Shown one piece after another: positions 54,101-58,553 of a stretch of 58,553 bases of DNA. The notes under the pieces were generated by a model. It had not been told where the DNA came from. It worked only from the letters and a program-made list of their open reading frames with translations, and did not search any database. Position 1 is the stretch's first letter. Each line of letters opens with the position of its first letter. Source of the stretch: Chitinophagaceae bacterium (lineage in GTDB: Bacteria > Bacteroidota > Bacteroidia > Chitinophagales > Chitinophagaceae); contig JBEISB010000001.1 in NCBI GenBank assembly GCA_040375635.1, positions 1-58,553 of the forward strand, given 5' to 3'. The position numbers and the translations under genes were made by a program.

Positions 54101-56414
54101 TGCGGGCGTATTTACAGGATTAGGCGCTGGTACATACACCATTATCGCTACCGATATTAACAATTGTACGGGATCAATCACTGTAACTGTCAATCTATCT
54201 GCACCCCCTGCTTTTGTTAATGTCTCGCATATCAATCCTTCTTGTCATGATGATTGCAATGGAAGTATTACAGTAGTAACCAATGGTGGAACACCTGCCA
54301 TCAACTATACGATTACCTCACCGGCAGGTTCTGTATGTACGCCAACCCAATCGTCTCCAACCTCAGGAAACTTTACCACTTTGGGTGCGGGTACTTATAC
54401 GATAACAGTAACAGACTCAAAAAATTGTAGCATATCAACAACAGTCACCTTGCTTAATCCTCAGCTATTAGTGCTTAACCCGCCAAATGCGATTAACCCC
54501 TTATGCAATGGAGCCTGCAACGGAACCATCAGTAATAGTGCTACGGGAGGAACGGGAACCCTTACCTATACGCTAACGCCTGCAACCGGTGCACCTGTTT
54601 CAAATACCACAGGTTCGTTTACTGCTTTATGCGCAGGGAATTATACCATTACAGTAACCGATACCAAAGGTTGTACTGCGAGTGCTAGTGCTGGTTTAAC
54701 AGATCCAGCTGTTTTGAGTTGGACTACGGCTACACATACCAATATTGTATGTTTTGGACAAGCTAACGGTACCATATCTACGCAGGCATCAGGAGGGGTA
54801 GGCACCATTGAATATTCTAAAAATGGAACCATCTTCTTACCTAGTGGAAACTTCACAGGACTGTTGGCTGGTTCATATACCATAACGGCGAAAGATGCTA
54901 ATGGTTGTACAGTAACCACATCATTTACCATTATCGAACCCCCATTGTTAACGCTAGGTGCGCCAGCGGTTCAAAATGTATTGTGTAATGGGGCCAATGA
55001 TGGATCTATCACGATTGCGGCTAATGGAGGTACGCCTAGTTATAACTATACCTTGTCGCCAGGAGGTCTTACCAATAGTACAGGTATCTTCAATAACTTA
55101 CCAGCCAATACTTATTCTATTTTGGTAACAGATAATTCAGGATGTACTTCTTCTGTTACTGGTATTTTAGTTACCCAGCCAGCACCGTTGCAATATAGTC
55201 TTGTCAATCACCAAAACATCAATTGCTATGGTGATGCCACAGGATCGATAACGGTTAATACCCAAGGGGGAACGCCATCGGTTACCTATAACCTGATACC
55301 TAATAATGGAGCACAAGGACCTACAGGATATTTCTCTGGGTTGATAGCTGGAACTTACACGGTGGTTGCAACCGATGCCAATAATTGTATAATTAGCACG
55401 GTGGTTACGCTCACGCAAGGGGCACAAATTGTGTTTGCGAACACTTCATTCACCGAACCTATTTGTCATGGAGATGCCAACGGTAGCATATCCGTTACGG
55501 CTTTCGGGGGTACCGGTGGGTTACAATTCCAGCTTAATGGAGGCGGTCTTCAGGTAGATACAGTATTCCGCGGTCTAACGGCCGGCTTATATGCTGTGTA
55601 TGCTGTAGATGCCTTAGGCTGTTCTGTAAGTACTGTAGTGTTAGTAACAGAACCAGATCCGGTGGGTGCTGTAGTTGATGCTCGTGATGCGAATTGTGTG
55701 GATACAGAAGACGGTAAGGTGTTCGTTACGGGTACTGGAGGACGAGCAGGATACAAGTACTATGTAACTCCTGGATTGCATATCAATAAGTCAGGAATCT
55801 TTACCGGTCTTGCCACAGGTATTTATACACTGCGTGTTATCGATACATCAGGTTGTGAGTATGTCACTAATTTCACTATCAATCCGCCTGCGAATCCACT
55901 CAATGATGTGATTACCAAAACAGACTTAGCCTGTTATGGGGTCGGCAATGAGGGAAGCGCCACAGCCAATGTAGCTGGCGGCACACCACCATACACCTAT
56001 TTGTGGAGTACCAAACCGCAACAAACAACGGCAAAAGCCACTACCCTGTATTTTGGATATTATGATGTAATCATCACCGATGCGAATGGATGTGAGATTC
56101 GGGATACAGTATATATCGAAGAAGGTCCATGCTGTGATGTAGCCTTTATACCGAATGCATTCTCTCCGAATGGAGATCAGAACAACGATGAATTTAGGGT
56201 ATTAACCACGGCAGGTGTGGAACTGATACAGCTCGAAATTTATGATCGTTGGGGTAAGCGCGTTTGGGCTACCATCGATTATCGTAAAGGTTGGGATGGA
56301 AATATTGAAGGCAAACAGGCCCCTGTAGATACCTACTATTATATCCTGAGGTATAAGTGTACCCGCGATAACGGTACCTATGCGATAAAGGGAGATGTAT
56401 TGCTCATTCGATAA
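45105..56414 (+). CDS. Giant SprB-like cell-surface repeat protein with a T9SS type B (gliding-motility-associated) C-terminal domain
   Basis: Uninterrupted 3769-aa ORF with signal peptide MKRIITSLVLIIGLVWNAQAQ. It contains SprB-type repeats (C.G...G.I......GG..P.Y.Y ... Y.V.V.D.NGC) and PKD-like repeats (..W(T/S)N.N..IGL...G.G.IPSF.A.N.G..P..A.I.V.P). The C-terminal 94 aa read CCDVAFIPNAFSPNGDQNNDEFRV...WDG......YYY.L...G..KGDVLLIR. Confidence 0.9.
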   Translation: MKRIITSLVLIIGLVWNAQAQLLPANQCESQTPCNARALCGSVINVPYSFITTPAFNPITTCISSTGTFSYTSNWVYYRFTCYSTGIFNFRLNANDSASDLDWALWDITTSGCGSIGTSNVVSCNAAGSGPTGIQTGTAPAANFQPNITITAGSTYILGISNPLGVNTSGFTMQFSGTTANITDNRKPFMSSVLPFNPCSPINSIKIKLSEPVRCSQLGAGVDFTISPSTPTFTVTPGANCPGCANAAPNTAPNFGNATDTATLTFASNIPPGTYTITPVVNAWYDMCGNADSTTKTLGFTVPGTFHDSVRSGFDCVNLKYIDTVYGVFGTAPYQFKAVGGGLPTSAGTFTPSGTGYMVYSVSGGSSVTYTVKDNLGCEKDTTITRPSVLALGAPNLSLSAGPPCNNQYSLDSLFVSSVSGGVPPYTFSAAPLLAGMTNPSPGLWKNLVFTSGVSFTVTVTDAYGCTRTGVRNLINPTVLSLPSPTATNPPCFGDSTGKLCFSALGGTPNYGYNISPSYPNVNLSTSPTCFNNLPAGTFTITANDANGCTVTAVKAVGSPAVISINTTALTLVQPTCPNPCLGKYTPIATGGVGSKKFYLYPQISTSPNLWTDSVVASGGAFDTLCQGTYTVLAKDANGCTSTATFTLALPPIPVINVTTINPISCYGGTGSIVTNITNGTPTYTSASYTYSPSPITGVSVVASGTGGTTGTFSGLPAGTYDLMITNANGCKDTVTGVVMPQPSAPVTYASVVVDSVLCFGTSTGQITAQAIGGTLGANTYQYSIKIGAAPFTAYSAPTLSPYVFTGLAVGTYTIRVKDNNGCTKDSVVSVKQPTKINLLVDNFDNTCLGTSNGEICVVDTGGTPGYKYKLGVAGTYTSPQPAALPYCYGGLAAGTYSIYTMDAKGCLDTVVSTITSIALPVVSFTAAPNDTVCDGTAITLCGTGANTYSWTGAITNCTAFVPSLGATTYTVTGTNSSTGCTNTAVVNVLVNPIPVMVQPANQQVCNGVVVLPIVLSSSVAGSTFTWTNNTPSIGLAASGSGNIPSFIAVNNGSTPVTATITVTPTGPASTLCPGTSISFTITVDPTPSADPIANQQLCAGDFTSAISFNGPVSGTTFTWSNSNPAIGIAGPPPSNGVPSFQGTNAGNTSITGIFTVTPSGPAPTACPGPIANFNIRIDPLPVLSDPADQVVCNGAPTLPVNFVSSVANTVFTWACNNTSIGLAASGTGNIPSFTAVNTSNVPVVATITIIPNGPVPTNCVGNTQSFTITVNPTPILSAIADETLCAGTATTGVVFSSTVSGTVFNWTNTNPAIGLGVSGSGTGISSFTATNAGSVPLTGVITVTPTANACQGNIVTYNITVDPIPVFTDPADQVLCESENTAAVTFISTVLNTDFSWTCNNTSIGLAATGTGNIPSFTAINNGTTPQVATITVTPIGPGATGCVGNVQSFTITVLPRQNSNFTYSSSTYCQTGSNPSPIFGAGATPGGTFSATPGGLVINPTTGVINLVASATGVTYTVKYVTPGPCKDSSTFDVLITLAPSATFSYASASYCQNGIDPSPVFPPLSSGGSFTALPLGLSINATTGVIDLSASNAGTYTVTNFIAAAGGCASATANTVVNIDTTTILAPIANQTICNNSIQLPTTIISTVAGSTYAWTNSNPSIGLAASGTGNIPSFTATNNGTAPVTATITITPTGPAPNFCTGLPQSYTITVNPTPNMTDPADQTICSGDVTNSINFSCPVTGTTFSWTNTNTTIGLGAAGVGSIPAFTGTNGGNTSNCGIITVTPSANGCVGPNQNVSVCISPIPVLTDPTDLSVCDNAPTLPVIFVSSVANTTFTWTNSDPSIGLPSAGNGNIPSFTATNSGNTPITAVITVTSAGPAPTFCDGNTQSFTITVNPTPVMDDLTDTTLCAGLSMSALPLSSNVSGTIFNWTNTNPAIGLGIGGVGSQIPAFNTTNPTNASISGTVSVTPIANGCAGLTASYLIRVDPLPLMATPANQVLCESENTQNIIFTSNVSGSTFDWTNTDPSIGLPAAGNGDILSFTAVNNGTTPVVATINVTVKGPGVTECEGNSVSFTITVNPRQDPSFTYPSTTYCQTSANPVPVFGAGANTSGTFTATPGGLSINASTGVINLSASAVNSYVVKYVTPGPCPDSATANITITNAPCATFTYASASYCGNGTNPLPIFAALCSGGGFSSTPGLSINSATGEINLSASTPGTYTVTNNIAPAGGCAAASATTQVTIDPVPVVNAIPNQTICNGASTTAINISGGPVGTTYAWTNSNPSIGLPASGTSNTIASFVGVCGGSAPVQGVITVTPTGPAPNFCVGNPTTFTITVNPTPTVNTVSNQSVCVGAATTAVNFGSAVSGTTYSWTNSNPAIGIGAGPTPGNLGSFTATNAGTTSINGVFSVTPTAATCVGPISTFTITVNPNATLTLTSAATTTNQTICINTAITPITYLVGATGTNATVAGLPTNVNGVYNAGTHVITLSGTATVAGVYTYTVTATGSCGSATSTGTITVSPLQNASFSYPQSTYCQSAANPSPTITGVGAGNFTFTPAGLSINGTTGLINLASSTVGTYTVTYTTPGPCPNSSTFVITIVTLPNASFSYSSTSYCQSAPNPSPIYPAGASAGNYTVSPSGLAWVLPSPPAAPGTINLLGSTAGTYTITNTIAASGACPSVSATYTVTVTAKPTISVTTTTPASCAPGCDGTATTSVSGGAPAYAYAIIAPAGTGCNPNISALGVAGGIKSGTTYTITVTDANSCSGTVTTTGTQYPNPTLSVTSQTNTTTPTNCDATANVSTTGGSPAYAYSFYSAPAGTPIINALGQATNLCDTCYVIKVTDIKGCWDTAQVCIQSPGLLLCSVPAATIVQVTCFGGNNGSFDANSTGGTAPITFSMSPLGANINATTGIATNLPAGAYTVTATDSNNIIANTIVNITQPAQITFTVPVIVTPSCSPGCDGSISLIANGGTGSKTYAIQAPAGTGCGTPTQTTAGVFTGLGAGTYTIIATDINNCTGSITVTVNLSAPPAFVNVSHINPSCHDDCNGSITVVTNGGTPAINYTITSPAGSVCTPTQSSPTSGNFTTLGAGTYTITVTDSKNCSISTTVTLLNPQLLVLNPPNAINPLCNGACNGTISNSATGGTGTLTYTLTPATGAPVSNTTGSFTALCAGNYTITVTDTKGCTASASAGLTDPAVLSWTTATHTNIVCFGQANGTISTQASGGVGTIEYSKNGTIFLPSGNFTGLLAGSYTITAKDANGCTVTTSFTIIEPPLLTLGAPAVQNVLCNGANDGSITIAANGGTPSYNYTLSPGGLTNSTGIFNNLPANTYSILVTDNSGCTSSVTGILVTQPAPLQYSLVNHQNINCYGDATGSITVNTQGGTPSVTYNLIPNNGAQGPTGYFSGLIAGTYTVVATDANNCIISTVVTLTQGAQIVFANTSFTEPICHGDANGSISVTAFGGTGGLQFQLNGGGLQVDTVFRGLTAGLYAVYAVDALGCSVSTVVLVTEPDPVGAVVDARDANCVDTEDGKVFVTGTGGRAGYKYYVTPGLHINKSGIFTGLATGIYTLRVIDTSGCEYVTNFTINPPANPLNDVITKTDLACYGVGNEGSATANVAGGTPPYTYLWSTKPQQTTAKATTLYFGYYDVIITDANGCEIRDTVYIEEGPCCDVAFIPNAFSPNGDQNNDEFRVLTTAGVELIQLEIYDRWGKRVWATIDYRKGWDGNIEGKQAPVDTYYYILRYKCTRDNGTYAIKGDVLLIR
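46040..47870 (+). repeat. SprB-type repeat block 1 (about 7 units of ~75-90 aa); coordinates approximate
   Basis: Units are anchored by a Cys-containing start and GG..P.Y.(Y/F), for example PPCFGDSTGKLCFSALGGTPNYGY, VLCFGTSTGQITAQAIGGT and NTCLGTSNGEICVVDTGGTPGYKY. Each ends ...D(A/N)NGC(T/K). Confidence 0.7.
48078..53190 (+). repeat. Higher-order super-repeat of [5 PKD-like units + 2 F.Y.S..YC(Q/G) Ig-like units], present twice in full and once truncated; coordinates approximate
   Basis: Super-units start near 48078, 49980 and 51846, a period of ~1.9 kb. There are 12 PKD-like units (5+5+2), one variant unit and 6 F(T/S)Y...YC(Q/G) units (2+2+2). The DNA copies have diverged and I saw no long identical stretches. 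Confidence 0.7.
53186..56125 (+). repeat. SprB-type repeat block 2 (about 12 units); coordinates approximate
   Basis: Twelve consecutive units, for example PSCSPGCDGSISLIANGGTGSKTY, PLCNGACNGTISNSATGGTGTLTY, INCYGDATGSITVNTQGGTPSVTY and LACYGVGNEGSATANVAGGTPPYTYLW. Confidence 0.7.
56130..56411 (+). other. T9SS type B C-terminal sorting domain (gliding-motility-associated CTD)
   Basis: CCDVAFIPNAFSPNGDQNNDEFRVLT...LEIYDRWGKRVW...GWDG...APVDTYYYILRY...GDVLLIR matches the pattern I associate with the CHU_C/SprB-type CTD. Confidence 0.8.
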
Positions 56415-56431
56415 CACAAATAAAGCTTCAG

Positions 56432-56462
56432 AATCCCGTACAGTTTGTGCGGGATTTTTTTT
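56432..56462 (+). terminator. Rho-independent terminator after the giant gene
   Basis: aatcccgtac / gtgcgggatt stem (one G-U pair) with a 5-nt loop, followed by a T-run through 56462 that overlaps the last two stem bases. It lies 18 nt after the stop codon. Confidence 0.8.
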
Positions 56463-56481
56463 GGATATGCCTTCAGCAAGA

Positions 56482-56489
56482 TATATTTG
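56482..56489 (+). promoter_or_regulatory. -7 promoter box (TAnnTTTG) for purA
   Basis: Exact match TATATTTG, with 17 nt between the box and the purA ATG at 56507. Confidence 0.45.
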
Positions 56490-56506
56490 CCCCTCAATCA
56501 AATAAG

Positions 56507-57772
56507 ATGGTAGATGCACTATTAGGCCTTCAATGGGGCGATGAAGGAAAGGGAAAGATCGTCGATTTTTTGGCAAATGATTACCAGCTCATTGCTCGCT
56601 TTCAAGGTGGACCCAATGCGGGTCACACTTTGTATGTGAATAATCAAAAAGTGGTGCTGCATACAATTCCATCAGGCGTTTTTCATCCACAGTTGATAAA
56701 TGTTATCGGCAATGGTGTGGTGATTGATCCGGTTTCGTTTCAGCAAGAGTGTGAGGAGATTGAGGCCTTAGGGGTATCCTTACAAAATGTACTTATCATC
56801 AGCGAAAAGGCCCATCTCATTTTACCTACACATAAGGCACTCGATAAGGCCAGTGAATTGAATAAAGGAGCCAATAAAATAGGAAGTACGCTGAAGGGTA
56901 TAGGACCCACCTATATGGATAAGACCGGGCGTAATGGATTGCGTGTAGGAGATATTCTTCGTCCTGATTTTCAGAAGCGATATGAGGTCTTGAAAGAAAA
57001 GCATTTGTCGATGTTACAGCAAATGAATTTTCATGAAGATCTTGGCGATTGGGAAACATCATTCTTTTCGTCGGTAGAGGCTTTGCGGAAATACAAGATT
57101 ACGGCTGTAGAATATTATCTGAACGACGCAATTGGACAAGGGAAAAAAATTCTAGCAGAAGGGGCGCAAGGCACCATGCTGGATATTGATTTCGGTACCT
57201 ATCCCTTTGTTACGTCGAGCAATACCGTAACCGCAGGATTATGTACCGGATTGGGTATAGCTCCAAAACATGTTCAGCGTGTTTTTGGCATCAGTAAAGC
57301 CTATTGTACAAGAGTAGGTAGCGGTCCTTTTCCTACAGAGTTGCTAGATGCTACTGGTGATCTTTTGCGTACCCGTGGTAATGAATTTGGAAGTACAACC
57401 GGAAGGCCGCGTCGTTGTGGTTGGATAGATTTGGTAGCCCTGCAGTATGCCTGTATGATTAATGGAGTTACTGATCTTATTATTACCAAGGCTGATGTGT
57501 TAGACGATATGCCACAAATTGGTGCTTGTACCTCGTATACCATCGATGGTAAGGAAACCACGCAATTTCCTTACGATATTCTTGAACAAAATCTTAGTCC
57601 TAACTATACCTATATTGATGCATGGCAAAAGAGCTTATCATCTTGCCAAAATAAACATGATTTACCGGCGTCTTTTCATCAATTAGTGAATCTGATTATG
57701 TCGCAGACTTCGGTGCCTGTATCTCATGTTTCGAACGGGGTAGGACGCGATCAACTTATCCGTTTACAGTAA
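56507..57772 (+). CDS. purA: Adenylosuccinate synthase
   Basis: It starts MVDALLGLQWGDEGKGKIVD (P-loop). GGPNAGHT, GTTGRGIG-equivalent STLKGIGPTY and STTGRPRRCGW motifs are present. The ORF-track N-terminal extension runs through the terminator of the upstream gene and was discarded. Confidence 0.95.
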   Translation: MVDALLGLQWGDEGKGKIVDFLANDYQLIARFQGGPNAGHTLYVNNQKVVLHTIPSGVFHPQLINVIGNGVVIDPVSFQQECEEIEALGVSLQNVLIISEKAHLILPTHKALDKASELNKGANKIGSTLKGIGPTYMDKTGRNGLRVGDILRPDFQKRYEVLKEKHLSMLQQMNFHEDLGDWETSFFSSVEALRKYKITAVEYYLNDAIGQGKKILAEGAQGTMLDIDFGTYPFVTSSNTVTAGLCTGLGIAPKHVQRVFGISKAYCTRVGSGPFPTELLDATGDLLRTRGNEFGSTTGRPRRCGWIDLVALQYACMINGVTDLIITKADVLDDMPQIGACTSYTIDGKETTQFPYDILEQNLSPNYTYIDAWQKSLSSCQNKHDLPASFHQLVNLIMSQTSVPVSHVSNGVGRDQLIRLQ

Positions 57773-57856
57773 AAATACTTGCACAAAAAAAGCGGTAAAA
57801 AAAATTTTTCTGTTTGAAAAATATATTAAAAATTTACAGCTGAAACGATACAGAAC

Positions 57857-58276
57857 ATGAAAGCAAATCCTGAGAAAAAAGTTACCGCAAAGAAAGCTGC
57901 CCCTGCTAAAAGTGCTGTTCCTAAAAAGGCCGCTGCGAAAAAGAAAAAGGCAGAGGATGATGATGAATTAGACGAGGATGAAAATGTAGAAAGCCCGAAA
58001 AAGAAACCTACCAAAAGCGCAGCTAAAAAGGTGGTTAATGACGACGACGATGATTTAGATGATGATATCGACGACGATGATGATATGGATGATGATATCG
58101 ATGAAGATGATGACTTTGATAAAGAATTCGAAGAGTTTGATATGCCTACCTCAAAGAGCAAAACGAAAAAGCCAAAGAAAAGTACCGACGACGATGATGA
58201 TGACTTTAGCATCAGCGATGACTTAGGCTTAGATCTCTTCGATGATAAGTTCGATGATGATGACGATGATTTTTAA
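57857..58276 (+). CDS. 139-aa low-complexity protein with alternating Lys/Ala-rich and poly-Asp/Glu blocks
   Basis: ATG start, same orientation as purA, with a terminator-like hairpin plus T-run 21 nt downstream. Three basic blocks (AKKAAPAKSAVPKKAAAKKKKA, PKKKPTKSAAKK, SKSKTKKPKK) alternate with three acidic blocks. The protein ends FDDDDDDF. The antisense Ser-rich ORF is a compositional mirror. Confidence 0.6.
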   Translation: MKANPEKKVTAKKAAPAKSAVPKKAAAKKKKAEDDDELDEDENVESPKKKPTKSAAKKVVNDDDDDLDDDIDDDDDMDDDIDEDDDFDKEFEEFDMPTSKSKTKKPKKSTDDDDDDFSISDDLGLDLFDDKFDDDDDDF

Positions 58277-58296
58277 TCAAAAATATTTTCTGATAG

Positions 58297-58324
58297 AAGG
58301 CTGCCTTAGGGTGGTCTTTTTTTT
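58297..58324 (+). terminator. Probable terminator after the charge-block gene
   Basis: aaggctgcc / ggtggtctt stem of 9 bp (three are G-U pairs) with a 4-nt loop, running into TTTTTTTT. Confidence 0.5.
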
Positions 58325-58421
58325 GTCTTGTTGCCAGGGGTATGATCTTATCTCTTGATGATAACTTGGCCTTGTTTGTCTATTTCTCTGCCCCACCTAT
58401 CTTGGATAAAATACGCAAAAC

Positions 58422-58457
58422 AAAAAGGAGAAGCGGGTTACATCACTTCTCCTTTTT
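58422..58457. terminator. Strong hairpin, likely terminator of a convergent gene ending near or beyond the right window edge
   Basis: Perfect 12-bp stem aaaaaggagaag / cttctccttttt with a 12-nt loop. The A/T-runs inside the arms make it usable in either direction. Confidence 0.55.
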
Positions 58458-58553
58458 GGTTCTCACTCTTCGAAGGCTTTGCCTTCGCAAGTGGTATGTT
58501 CTTCGCAGGCTTTGCCTGTGCGGATAATTATGTTATTAGTTTACGTTTTTAGG

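Noticed and set aside
45536-55756. About 18 track ORFs of 60-265 aa inside the giant gene, mostly antisense (for example 48671-49129, 50234-51031, 54641-54931)
   Set aside because: They lie entirely within an uninterrupted 11.3-kb ORF that has clear domain repeats. Their products are low-complexity Val/Pro/Thr/Gly mirror translations of the GGT/ACN/GTN-rich sense strand. None has an independent start context or terminator.
57826-58212. 128-aa Ser/Phe-rich ORF antisense to the charge-block gene
   Set aside because: It is a mirror image of GAT/GAC/GAA/AAA runs (TCA/TCT/TTT on the other strand). The plus-strand ORF has an ATG, a downstream terminator and the same orientation as purA. The minus ORF has none of these. 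I cannot fully exclude it without expression data.
58468-58534. Tandem ~34-nt repeats considered as the start of a CRISPR array
   Set aside because: The two units are directly adjacent with no spacers, and only two diverged copies are visible. No cas genes are present in the window.
58342-58552. Two overlapping plus-strand ORFs (61 aa and 65 aa) at the right edge
   Set aside because: They run through a perfect 12-bp terminator-like hairpin and the tandem hairpin repeats. Their composition is not protein-like.

Overview
This 58.5-kb chromosomal window looks like it comes from a Bacteroidota genome. The evidence is T9SS type A and type B C-terminal sorting domains, SprB-type repeats, TAnnTTTG -7 promoter boxes and A-rich leaders without Shine-Dalgarno sites.

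About two thirds is ordinary housekeeping: a TviB/WbpO-type sugar dehydrogenase, uvrC, a SUI1/YciH-like factor, a lipid kinase, nadC, gpmI, an LTA-synthase-family protein, a TonB-dependent receptor, ubiE/menG, recQ, serS, an SDR, an aldehyde dehydrogenase, a metH core, lpxH, purA and tRNA-Phe.

The remainder is cell-surface or accessory material:
- a 5'-truncated protein of more than 1757 aa with five GEVED-type modules and a dockerin-like C-terminus, followed by a small T9SS-sorted protein with a cohesin-like pattern;
- an inverted, shorter GEVED paralogue carrying a T9SS type A CTD;
- two further T9SS type A cargo genes and a PorT-like beta-barrel gene;
- a BlaI/BlaR1(-TonB C-terminal) sensor pair with twin operator-like repeats, next to an LRR protein and a glycine-zipper mini-protein in an AT-rich patch;
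- a 3769-aa SprB-like protein with a type B CTD and a nested repeat hierarchy;
- a 139-aa protein made of alternating poly-Lys/Ala and poly-Asp blocks.

I saw no CRISPR array, transposase, integrase or rRNA. No recognisable defence or mobile system is supported. The most unusual candidates are the dockerin-like/cohesin-like gene pair, the charge-block protein, the metH core lacking any adjacent homocysteine-binding module, a GC-rich structured-looking spacer, and the giant adhesin with no cognate PorP/SprF-like neighbour.

All functional calls rest on motif recognition by eye in the supplied translations. No database search was run.
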